Both the position numbers and the translations under genes were made by a program. From Schizosaccharomyces osmophilus (Eukaryota), in the NCBI RefSeq assembly GCF_027921745.1, contig NC_079239.1:1674001-1738000 (forward strand): a stretch of DNA of 64,000 bases, given 5' to 3'. Every line of letters begins with the position of its first letter. The stretch's first letter is position 1. This document shows, in pieces, positions 33,295-42,654 of this stretch. The notes under the pieces were generated by a model. The model was given only the letters and a program-made list of their open reading frames with translations. It did not search any database and was not told where the DNA came from.

Positions 33295-34091
33295 ATGTAA
33301 GAGGATACTCCTGCGTGCAACCGTCCAATGCTTATAGCGCTGACCTGGAAAAGGGATTTTCTTTGTGTACTCCATAGGTAAAAAACAACCATCAAATTCA
33401 GGTTCTGTTTAAGGATAAAAAGAAAATAATCGTTGTAATTATTGTCAATCAGTTTGTTGAGTAATAGCCACGGCAGGCTGTTGGAACAATTGAGCCATGT
33501 CTTTCTTGATACTGTGGTCAATAAAAATAAAAAAGACCGTCTACATTTTGCAGTAAAATATGCAATGCTTTGTACTTAACCAGCCTCCAACTGCTTTAGA
33601 GTTCTTCGTACTCTATGTCAAATATCTGATGAAAGAAGGTGGGATGAGTTCTGCTTGGTTATTACCTTGTTTGTCATATGAAGTTGACATTTTTCTATGC
33701 TGGTTTCTTTTGTAAGTGGAGGAATATCATTCATTGAAATTGTTCAGTTTGTTTACTAACAAGAACTAGTTTGTTTCTTTCACGCTGTCGTTGTAACAAG
33801 ACGTTTCTTGAAATCTGTAATATACCTATTTCTTGTAGGGATTGCAGCACTAATCATTAGCACTGCAGCAATATTAGTTGTTGCTGATGCAGCAATGGTT
33901 ACTAATTTGATATTTCACACATAAAGTTCGAGACTTATTATCTGGAATGGAAATTAAGTACTCAACCGAACACACGAGATCGCTTACGTTTCCCAGCTAC
34001 CAGCAGAGACAATACAATGGCTCCTCCACTGACGGATAGGAATGAAGAAATAGAAATGCAAATATTATCGGTAAATTTCTCTTTTAGATGA
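33295..34091 (+). pseudogene. Decayed multi-exon membrane-protein gene, wtf (meiotic driver)-like
   Basis: GYSCVQPSNAYSADLEKG (DLEKG at 33342-33356) lies just after an ATG at 33295 that is now followed by TAA. There is a perfect intron at 33712-33769 (GTAAGT..TACTAAC..TAG), a long hydrophobic exon at 33772-33921 and a probable intron at 33958-33996. The last exon encodes ...DRNEEIEMQ.... Several stops and frameshifts are present. It ends about 40 bp from a 5S rRNA gene. Confidence 0.55.
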
Positions 34092-34093
34092 CT

Positions 34094-34114
34094 AAAAAAA
34101 ATAAAATATAAAAA
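34094..34114 (-). terminator. Pol III oligo(T) terminator candidates for the 5S gene
   Basis: T5 (34114-34110) and T8 (34101-34094) on the minus strand, downstream of the 5S 3' end. Confidence 0.6.
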
Positions 34115-34132
34115 GAATAAAGAGAAGGAAGG

Positions 34133-34251
34133 AGCCTACAGCATCCCGGATTCCCATGTTGTCTCCAACCATAGTACTAACGAGACCCTCAGACGCTTAA
34201 CTGCAGTGATCGGACGGGAACTGGTGTTTTCGCCTAGGTATGGCCGTAGAC
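34133..34251 (-). rRNA. 5S ribosomal RNA (dispersed copy, 119 nt)
   Basis: Reverse complement reads GTCTACGGCCATACCTAGGCGAAAACACCAGTTCCCGTCCGATCACTGCAGTTAAGCGTCTGAGGGTCTCGTTAGTACTATGGTTGGAGACAACATGGGAATCCGGGATGCTGTAGGCT, a fission-yeast-type 5S. Confidence 0.98.
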
Positions 34252-34490
34252 AAGTATCCCAAGAAAACATCAAATTAGTTCATTTGGTTTTTATGGTATT
34301 TCAGATACTACAATCTCAAGCGCGTTCTTAACTTATATGAAATACAAAAATTGAATAATCCTCAATTAACTGAAAATGATTAAACAAAACCTAATAACCC
34401 GATTTTATTGAACCAAACTCTATTTCAAAAAACCCAAATACCATACCTATTTCACTATTTTTCAAATTCCCTAACAACTTGCCTTTAAGA

Positions 34491-36641
34491 TTATTCAAGC
34501 TCTTCGTCACCTTCGGAACTGAGCTCGTCATCACCATTCTTCAAAGCGCCTTTTTTCTTCAAACGCATGTTTTCCTTATGATTTTGGTCTTCCAAAATTG
34601 CTTCACGTAAAAGTCTGCGCTGTTCTTCACGAATTTCACGTTGCGCGACGACGTAAGCACCTAAAGATGTCTTTTCCCATTCCTCATTTGCTAAGAAGGC
34701 ATCGAGTGATTCGAGATTAGCAGGACTAACTTTTTGTTGAGCACGATGAGTTAAGACAAATTCACTTTGCTGCTCAAACTTCTGAACCAAGGCCAAAAGA
34801 GAGCGATTAAGCTTGACATTCCTACTTTTCTTTGCAAAACGCTTAGCACGAACAATTGCGGGTATAACAAACTCGGGGAAAGCAATGTTTGTAGCATATA
34901 AAACATAGTACTCTCCCAACAATTCCAACAACTGATTAGTTATACCGTCTTGATAAACGCGTGTCCTCAAGTACGCAGTTGGTGCACGAATTTCAACTTC
35001 CCAATCCAAAGGTTTGAATGTACTAGGCTTAGGCTTTCTTGAGAGTTCCGGGGAATCCAAGACATCAAACAAAACAGGAGCCATTGGAATAAAAACACCG
35101 GTATGTCTAGACAGGTAAATGAGACTTCGTGAAAGGTGGAATCTCATGGGGTACAGTTGAGATGAGGGAGATGTCGTAATCGCTCCCAACGTAATCTGTA
35201 CTAAAGGATATACCAAAGATTGCATTTCCACTGCGACTCCTTTTTCGCGGCTCAACCAAGTGGCTCGACTTAACAATCGAGACCAAAAGTCAATTGCATG
35301 CACATATGACCAGCTTTGTATAAGTTTCCTTGTCTCTGGCTTTGGCTGGTGAATTGTATTTCTGAGGGTAATAGCAAGTTGTCGAATATATCGAAAGGTA
35401 ACCAAGTAACAGCTTTCTGGATTTAACAAAAATATATCTGCGGAACTATTTTTCATAAAATTGATAGCCGCTAAAGTGTGAACAGTTGTATAAGAGCTAA
35501 TGCGAATCATGGTTAAATACATATGTTTGAAGGCAAACTCCAACAAAGTTAGATCTGCTGTCAAGCAAACACTTCGTAAAACAAAAACGCACGAAACTCT
35601 AACAGTATCATCGCGGTTGGTGCTCCAGACTTCAACGACAGCTTCGACAAATTGTTTCAAAAATTTTCGATATGTAATCATATAGGGAACCACATTTTGC
35701 GTTTCGCGAAGTAGCAAGGAAATGTTTTTAGCGTCAGTCATTCCTTCCAATAATCGCAAGATAGAGAAGCCATAGGACTTTAATATAGGACTGAGACGAG
35801 ATAAAACCCTATTGTCGGTGTTTACAACCTTTCTGCCATTTTTTTCCGTTTGCAGGGGAATATGATGATTAAGCACACGAGGAACAGATTGAATAGCCAA
35901 CAACATTAAGTCGTTAAATACCCTAGAATCTGTTATTGAATACTTTAAGTTCATTCCTTCTTCCTCATTCAAATAAGCTGCGGCCTTAAACGCTTGAACC
36001 ACCTTTTGTAAAGTTGTCAAAGACTTCTGGTTACTCAAATTATCCCGCCATTTACTCAGCATATCCATAGTAATCTCTGTTTTTCCTTCATTATTCCGTT
36101 TGCCTCCCTCAGGCTCATCGTCTTGAGTTACTTCATCTGCATTGAAATCCAAGAGATCGCTATCATTTTTCTGTAAATAATTGTAAAAGTCGGGATCTTT
36201 CTCCTTCAATGAATCAAGTTGCTCTCGATATTGCTCAGCGTCCACTTCTTCTTCGTCGGAAGAGCTGCTTTCCTCTTCTTTCTGAACGGCTTTCGCTTTT
36301 CTATTCTTTTTTAGTTGAGATGGTTTCTTTTCATTTTCCTGACGTTCTTCTAAAGGCTCTGTGTTTTTCTCAGGAGTAGCGGATTTGTCCAAATCAGATT
36401 CCTCGAAATCACCGTTCAAAAAATCGTCCATGGTCGCATTTTCATCCTCAGAACCGGGAGTTTCATTTTGGGACTTGTCCAACAACTCCTTCACCTCATT
36501 CTGCAGACCATTTTTAGGATCTGAATTTTTATGGGTTCCTGTAGAATTGGCAGGCTTGGAAGGAGTTTTCTTTATTTTACCATCTTTTTTACCTTTCAAT
36601 TGCCCCTTTCTTGCTTTCAGAATGGCTGATATCTTCGACAT
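34491..36641 (-). CDS. noc201: Noc2-family 60S ribosome biogenesis factor
   Basis: LKEKDPDFYNYLQKND, FRYIRQLAITLRN, LVYPLVQI, YPMRFH and IAFPEFVIP. Confidence 0.9.
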   Translation of the reverse strand: MSKISAILKARKGQLKGKKDGKIKKTPSKPANSTGTHKNSDPKNGLQNEVKELLDKSQNETPGSEDENATMDDFLNGDFEESDLDKSATPEKNTEPLEERQENEKKPSQLKKNRKAKAVQKEEESSSSDEEEVDAEQYREQLDSLKEKDPDFYNYLQKNDSDLLDFNADEVTQDDEPEGGKRNNEGKTEITMDMLSKWRDNLSNQKSLTTLQKVVQAFKAAAYLNEEEGMNLKYSITDSRVFNDLMLLAIQSVPRVLNHHIPLQTEKNGRKVVNTDNRVLSRLSPILKSYGFSILRLLEGMTDAKNISLLLRETQNVVPYMITYRKFLKQFVEAVVEVWSTNRDDTVRVSCVFVLRSVCLTADLTLLEFAFKHMYLTMIRISSYTTVHTLAAINFMKNSSADIFLLNPESCYLVTFRYIRQLAITLRNTIHQPKPETRKLIQSWSYVHAIDFWSRLLSRATWLSREKGVAVEMQSLVYPLVQITLGAITTSPSSQLYPMRFHLSRSLIYLSRHTGVFIPMAPVLFDVLDSPELSRKPKPSTFKPLDWEVEIRAPTAYLRTRVYQDGITNQLLELLGEYYVLYATNIAFPEFVIPAIVRAKRFAKKSRNVKLNRSLLALVQKFEQQSEFVLTHRAQQKVSPANLESLDAFLANEEWEKTSLGAYVVAQREIREEQRRLLREAILEDQNHKENMRLKKKGALKNGDDELSSEGDEELE

Positions 36642-36851
36642 AGAGAATTCGGAGGTGGTTGGTTTTTTGCAGTAGAGGAGATCGGTGTGTCAAGATAATC
36701 CTTCACGAACTTAATCTTTTGGCAGTCTTGGCTTTTTGGTGCTATGAAACATATCTATTGCAATAAGTGATATTAGAGAAAGAATTATAGGTTTCTTAAA
36801 TTTTGACGTGCTTTTGATGACCATTGGTTTTCCAAGAGGAATTCGTTCTTC

Positions 36852-38666
36852 ATGAGGATTCATGAATTTCACAGGTCTGAAGCAAATGCTGTAAAAGGAG
36901 AAAATTATAAAACAAGAGAACTTGGAAATGATTCCAATTGCTCTTCCTTAAATTCTTCTTGTGTCCAAAATAGTAGTATGCAGCCATCAAGTTGCAAACC
37001 ATTGTCCGATAAATTTGACGAGCCATTATTGACAGATATAGCTTCTGAGCCGACCCATGAGACTGAAAGACATATAAGAGGTTTTGCAAGGGATCCTACA
37101 TGCTCAAGGGAGAGACCAAATGGAGACGATGATCGAGCTGAAGCTTGTGTCCAAAATGAAAGCCTCGCAATCCATGCTTCACATCTAAAAAATCAGCAAG
37201 GGAGTTTTGATGTGCCTGAAGGCCATGAATGCATGCTTTCCACTGATAAAATTCAAAAGGAGAAGCGAAAAGCAGGAAGACCAAAAAAGTTGCGTTATAT
37301 AGCAGAAGACAGTTCTTCAAATGGGTGTACTCACAAAAGAAAGCGCGGTCGTCCAAAAGGTTGGAGAAAGAATCCTGAAAGAGATGTTTATTTAGAAATG
37401 ATTGATGCCCCTGTCGAAAAACGTAACCCGAAGAGTGTCTTTGACGCAGTTGTGGTACCTTTAAATTCTTTTAAGGGGACTACAGAAGAGGAAGTTGAAA
37501 ATGAAGCTTCGGGAAATGAACTTCAAAGCGAAACGAACGACGAAAGCTGGAGTTTCGACGTGGACGTTGGCGTGAAAACGGACTTAAACTCGCATGAATA
37601 CGGATTGGAAGAACCCGTTCCCGGACTAACCTTTGAATCTATGAGTATAGGCCCTCCATCAAGTGATTTACCTAGTAATAATGAACCACCGAATGCTACT
37701 CAGTCCGAACCAGACTCTGAAACCAACTTTAGTTTTTCGGACGATGATTTTGCTGTTTTGGATAAAATTGAACACGAATTTGAAGCACATGATATAGATC
37801 AATCAAAAGAGTTTTCTTCTTCCGATTCTATCTCCCATAGGATTACTTTATGTGAACAGAACGAACCCCCCCCTCAGAAAAGTGCCACTGAAATAATGGA
37901 ACTACCAAAAGGTACTACCCTTAATAGTCGAAAAGAGAACAATAACATATTTAAAATTAATACGGACGGAAAAGCGAACAAAATTGGGAGACGCTTACCA
38001 ACAACATCAGATGGTTTAAGCAAGCTTGAAGCGAAGTCATTTGGAAATCCCGCTAATTTCAAGTATCCAACTCTCTTAAAAAGTCCAAAGGGAAGCCCAA
38101 AAACTTCAAGTATGAGAACTAAAACCCCCTTTCGAAGCCCTTTTGCTTCAAAGAATTCTGATAATCGAGCCAAAAAAACCCTTTCTAAGCCATTTCGGCC
38201 TCCACTAAAAAAGGATGCACCATTTAATATCATTGATGAAGAGGTTAAACCTAAATATATAAGCTCTTCAAGAACGGCGCACCATGGTGACATTGCTTCT
38301 ACTAATGATGGACGGTCCCCTGTAATTAGTAGATTGCAATCAGAAATATCTACTTTACAGGATCAAATATCCATAGTTGAGCTGGCTAATGACCTGGAAA
38401 ACGATCAAGAAGATGAGGTGGGATTGCTCGAAAAAATTCAAAGGTGGAGGAGATCGGCTCAGCTGGCCGTTGAGGTTCTTTTTCCTGTATTTTCATTAAA
38501 ATTTACTACCATGCTTCAGGAAGTCCCAGAGTCTATTTTACCGAGTGTCGTAGATGATCTTCGTTCGAAACCGTGTAACATTGGGACGTTTCTTGAGCAA
38601 TTGGATATTCCTTTTTCTCTATTAAATTATAATCCGGATAGTGATTCTTGGGGAGATGATGCATAA
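36852..38666 (+). CDS. swi2: Swi2 (Swi5-Swi2 mating-type switching recombination mediator, Sfr1 family)
   Basis: Two AT-hooks (KRKAGRPKK, KRKRGRPKG), KPFRPPLKK and a C-terminal Sfr1/Mei5-like domain (LLEKIQRWRRSAQLAVEVLF...LDIPFSLLNYNPDSDSW). Confidence 0.85.
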   Translation: MRIHEFHRSEANAVKGENYKTRELGNDSNCSSLNSSCVQNSSMQPSSCKPLSDKFDEPLLTDIASEPTHETERHIRGFARDPTCSRERPNGDDDRAEACVQNESLAIHASHLKNQQGSFDVPEGHECMLSTDKIQKEKRKAGRPKKLRYIAEDSSSNGCTHKRKRGRPKGWRKNPERDVYLEMIDAPVEKRNPKSVFDAVVVPLNSFKGTTEEEVENEASGNELQSETNDESWSFDVDVGVKTDLNSHEYGLEEPVPGLTFESMSIGPPSSDLPSNNEPPNATQSEPDSETNFSFSDDDFAVLDKIEHEFEAHDIDQSKEFSSSDSISHRITLCEQNEPPPQKSATEIMELPKGTTLNSRKENNNIFKINTDGKANKIGRRLPTTSDGLSKLEAKSFGNPANFKYPTLLKSPKGSPKTSSMRTKTPFRSPFASKNSDNRAKKTLSKPFRPPLKKDAPFNIIDEEVKPKYISSSRTAHHGDIASTNDGRSPVISRLQSEISTLQDQISIVELANDLENDQEDEVGLLEKIQRWRRSAQLAVEVLFPVFSLKFTTMLQEVPESILPSVVDDLRSKPCNIGTFLEQLDIPFSLLNYNPDSDSWGDDA

Positions 38667-38916
38667 TACTTTTTTGGAATGATTTGTACGCATAATGTGT
38701 TATAGGTAATGAATTGATTAATTAATGCACTTCTATTTGAAGTCTATATATATTATATATCATTTGTTTGTAAAATTCCCTATATATAAATAGAAAAACC
38801 ATATAATTTTTGCTTATACTTTCCCTAATACGCCTTCATTATTTACTCCTTCACCAACTACTACAGTAGGTAACCCCATTTCATTAACCTGCGTATTTTA
38901 GGTAAAAGATAAAACC

Positions 38917-39956
38917 ATGAGTTCTAAGAATGTTGCAACAGCTATTATTGATTTTTTAAATCAAGCCACAGCTACCAATGCAGTTTCTGATGAGGAAAAA
39001 GAAAGTTTAGAGGTCGCTGGTACGATATTACAATTTATGCAAAATATAGACCACTAACATTGTAGCCCAATGTATCAAAGACTCTTTTAAGATCAATCCC
39101 ATTGAAATAGTTCCTGGTTCAGGAAAGCAATTGGTAGATGCTTATGATGCCTACGAACAGCAGCATCCTGTTGAGGCAACCTCATCCAATGCTTCAAATG
39201 GTAAAGATGAAGCCGAAAAATATAAAGCTCAAGGAAACGAAGCAATTGCCAAAAAAGAGTACCAGAGTGCTGTCGATCTTTATACTAAGGCCATTGAGCT
39301 CGATCCTACTTCTCCCGTGTATTACTCTAACCGTGCTGCCGCTTATAGTCAATTAGGACAATACGAGTCTTCCGTAGAGGATGCATTGACTTCTTTGAGC
39401 ATCGATCCCAAGCATGCTCGTGCTTATGGTCGTCTCGGTCGCGCCAAGCTTTCCCTTGGCGATGCTGCTGCTGCTGCTGACGCTTATGCAAAGGGATTAG
39501 AGCTGGACCCGAGTAACGATGTTTTAAAACGTGGTTTGGAAGCTGCCAAAGAACAAATTAACCCATCATCTGATGTTGAAGCTCAAGGCTCTACCACCGA
39601 ACAGTCTCGTGACGCAGGAGCCGGAGGCATGCCCGATTTGGGTTCCTTGTTCTCTGGGGGAATGCCTGATTTAGGTTCTTTGATGAACAATCCTGGTAAG
39701 TAATTTGACTATTTGTTTTTAAAAGATTACTAACTGAATATAAGCTATTATGAACATGGCTCAAAACATGATGCAATCAGGAGCCTTGAACAATTTGATG
39801 GGTGATCCCAACATTGCTAATATGGCTCGCAACTTCCAAAGCGGTGGCGGCATGCCTGATTTGAATTCCTTGGCTGGCAATCCCCAATTGCAAAACTTGG
39901 CACGCAATTTTAGGAACAACCAAAATAACGGTAATCCCGAAAACAATTCTCAATAA
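38917..39956 (+). CDS. sgt2: TPR co-chaperone Sgt2, 3 exons
   Basis: Exons 38917-39019 (ESLEVA), 39066-39695 (TPR region, YYSNRAAAY) and 39745-39956 (M/N/G-rich tail). Splice signals are in phase. Confidence 0.92.
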
Positions 39957-40155
39957 GATACCTCTGTAACAATAAGAATACTTAACGTTAAGGTTTCTTG
40001 GATTAGGATAGATTCATATGTTTGCTATTAAATGAAATCATCTCAAAAACTAAACAATTACAACTAACGCTATTGGAACATTGATGGAAAATTTACAACG
40101 AACAACGATAACTTATTGATTTATATTAAACAAGACTTTATTTTTAATTTTCCAA

Positions 40156-42150
40156 TCATTCATCTATAGCATCATGATAATCCGACTCTTCCAGCAGCTC
40201 GCCAGCATCATATTCTTCATCATTTTGTTCGGTACCTTCCTCATCGGTTGCTACAAATAAATTGGCTATGAAAGAACGTAAATTGGACATAAAGGTTCGA
40301 CGCTGGGGGGAGCTTGAATCACCCAAATCTTCTTCCAATCTTTGCATTAATTCCTGATGAACCGGATGATTAGGGTCTTGGTTAGCTTCTTGCACATTAT
40401 TAGCGTCGGTGCCGTTTTCTCCTTGATTCCTGAACAAGGTATTGCTAAGATAATTAGCTAGACGACGAGAAGTATCACGTCCAAATACTTGAGGCTCATC
40501 GGTATAACTATCTGGAGGCAAAGGATCAAACGATACAATAGTACGCTGTAAAATTCTTTTAGGCAAAAATCTTTGTAATGTTCTTTCGTTTAGCAAAATA
40601 AGATGCCTTGCTAAATTTTCCGTTATATCTGAGTACTGTCCTTGAACTGCATTTAGAGTAAACTTTTCATTCTTCAAAATAGATTGTAGGAAACTCAAAA
40701 CATCGGGAGATGCCCAGTTGTCACGAGAACGCATAGCGTAAAGCTCCGAATTCAATTCCTGCACCGGATCTTGAGGTTCAGGAATAATTAGTTCATTGGC
40801 AGGCAATCTTACCGATTCAAATAATTTACCTAGCATATAGGGAGCACGCTCGATTGCTGCGAGCATAGTTAAGCGGGTCTCCTCAGTATCACCGTACATC
40901 TTGTACATGGCTAATGCCGAAGAATAAAAAAAGTTGGGTAATTTTGTTATTTGGTTAGTGTTTTCAAGATAGTTGGCAAAATTAACAACCCAGCCAAACT
41001 CTCCGCGACGGATAGCATAAGTATCAATGCAAGAACAAATTGCGTATGGATCAGAAGGATCCAGTTGTAAAAGAACCTTGCAAAACTCAAAGACGGTTCG
41101 CCAACATCCGCGACTTTGCAAGCTTTGCATGTACCGCCAAATGCAAAGATACAACCTTCTGTTAGTGGGAAAAAGAAAAGGAAGGCGAGCAGTGCCGGTC
41201 GCCAAATTGAATTTTGGATGTAACGCACTATCAAAGGCAAATAAAGCGCGGGAAATTAGGTCAACTGGCAGTTCGTGATCTCCTTGTTGGTCGATAATTT
41301 CAGCGACCTGTAATAGGGTGTCAATATGAAATGGATGTGAGCGCAAAAGCATAAATAAGTTATTTGGATCGTATATCTGGACATAAAATTCAAAAGTCTC
41401 TTGGACTTCTTGATAGGCACGGCTCTGGGTAAATTCAAAAAAGCATACGCCGTCCGGAGTCTGTTCTATTAAGCGCATATTTAAACCAGATCTGGCTAGA
41501 ACAGGCCATCCTTCTTGAGGCTGAACTAAGACGTATCTCCTCCTTCTTACGTTACTACGTCTACTATTCACTGACCTTTTTTCAACGATTCGTCCAAAAA
41601 TCTTCCGGATCTCCAGATCCGGATTCAAAAAACTTGTGTTGACACTCAACAAGCTTGCTAGTTCATTTTTTAATTTAGATTCATTAGGAACTTCAATTGC
41701 CGCAGCAGCTCCTTCTTTGGATCTTTTAGATTCGTCACCATACTTAAGCTTTAGCTCAGCAATAGCTTCATCGATTTCTTTTAATTCATCATCAGCAATA
41801 TCCTTCCTTGGGGTTTCAACGTCCTTTATATTTTTGTCTGCCGTTTCAGGCTTTTTCTTCTTCTTTTGTTGCTTCTTTTTGTTCACTTTCTTCTGAGGTT
41901 CCGAGTTCTTCGTATCTTCTTCGTTTTCTAAATTTACTGCATTTTCCGGCTCGCTCGCGTCCGATTCTTCAATACTATCAGTTTTTCCAGTCTGTGCATT
42001 CAATATGTCGAATGGATTCAAGACATTTTTTTGAGGATTTGAACGAGTAATATCTTCATCAGATTCAGATTCAGAATCCGATGAATCTGAAGACTCAATA
42101 GCTACTTCCTGTTGGCGTCTTTGTAATTTTTTTAACGCTCGCGTTGACAT
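40156..42150 (-). CDS. rqc1: Ribosome quality-control factor Rqc1/TCF25
   Basis: MSTRALKKL start, LNPDLEIRKIFG, HPFHIDTLLQ, RGCWRTVFEFCKVLLQLDP and FDPLPP. Confidence 0.9.
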   Translation of the reverse strand: MSTRALKKLQRRQQEVAIESSDSSDSESESDEDITRSNPQKNVLNPFDILNAQTGKTDSIEESDASEPENAVNLENEEDTKNSEPQKKVNKKKQQKKKKKPETADKNIKDVETPRKDIADDELKEIDEAIAELKLKYGDESKRSKEGAAAAIEVPNESKLKNELASLLSVNTSFLNPDLEIRKIFGRIVEKRSVNSRRSNVRRRRYVLVQPQEGWPVLARSGLNMRLIEQTPDGVCFFEFTQSRAYQEVQETFEFYVQIYDPNNLFMLLRSHPFHIDTLLQVAEIIDQQGDHELPVDLISRALFAFDSALHPKFNLATGTARLPFLFPTNRRLYLCIWRYMQSLQSRGCWRTVFEFCKVLLQLDPSDPYAICSCIDTYAIRRGEFGWVVNFANYLENTNQITKLPNFFYSSALAMYKMYGDTEETRLTMLAAIERAPYMLGKLFESVRLPANELIIPEPQDPVQELNSELYAMRSRDNWASPDVLSFLQSILKNEKFTLNAVQGQYSDITENLARHLILLNERTLQRFLPKRILQRTIVSFDPLPPDSYTDEPQVFGRDTSRRLANYLSNTLFRNQGENGTDANNVQEANQDPNHPVHQELMQRLEEDLGDSSSPQRRTFMSNLRSFIANLFVATDEEGTEQNDEEYDAGELLEESDYHDAIDE

Positions 42151-42654
42151 AGAGAAAGATTGGTTCTAGTAAGCTTAAACCGAAACGATAAAACTACATA
42201 TCGAATTTAGGCAGGTTTGTATATTGATTTTAAAAATCTATTCGTAAAAGATCCTAAATAATTATACAAAATACTTACATACTAAAACTTATGGATCCAA
42301 TATTTACTATGCCATACCTTCAAGTAATGGAATGACCATCAATTCAGCCGTATTATGGTATAGTCAGTAGTTGAGAACAAAAAAATGTAAAGGACTATTG
42401 TATAAGTTGTATTATCTTTATGGAGAGAAGCTATCGCTTCTCCATGTCCAGATTAATATTAATAGGTCCACGAACAGATAGAAATTCAATTTTAAATCAG
42501 CTAATGTACATCTAAGTCCAGTGAAAATATCACAGGGTAGAAGAGATGAATAGTCAAGTATTTCATTCCTTTGCATAAAGATTAAATAAAATTTTTAGGA
42601 CGAGAATTTCAGAAAGAATGGGATGAGGGGAAATAATTAGGTAAAATCAAAGGA

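Noticed and set aside
33183..33521. 112-aa minus-strand ORF near the 5S gene
   Set aside because: TTG start and no family features. The coherent splice and motif signals are on the plus strand.
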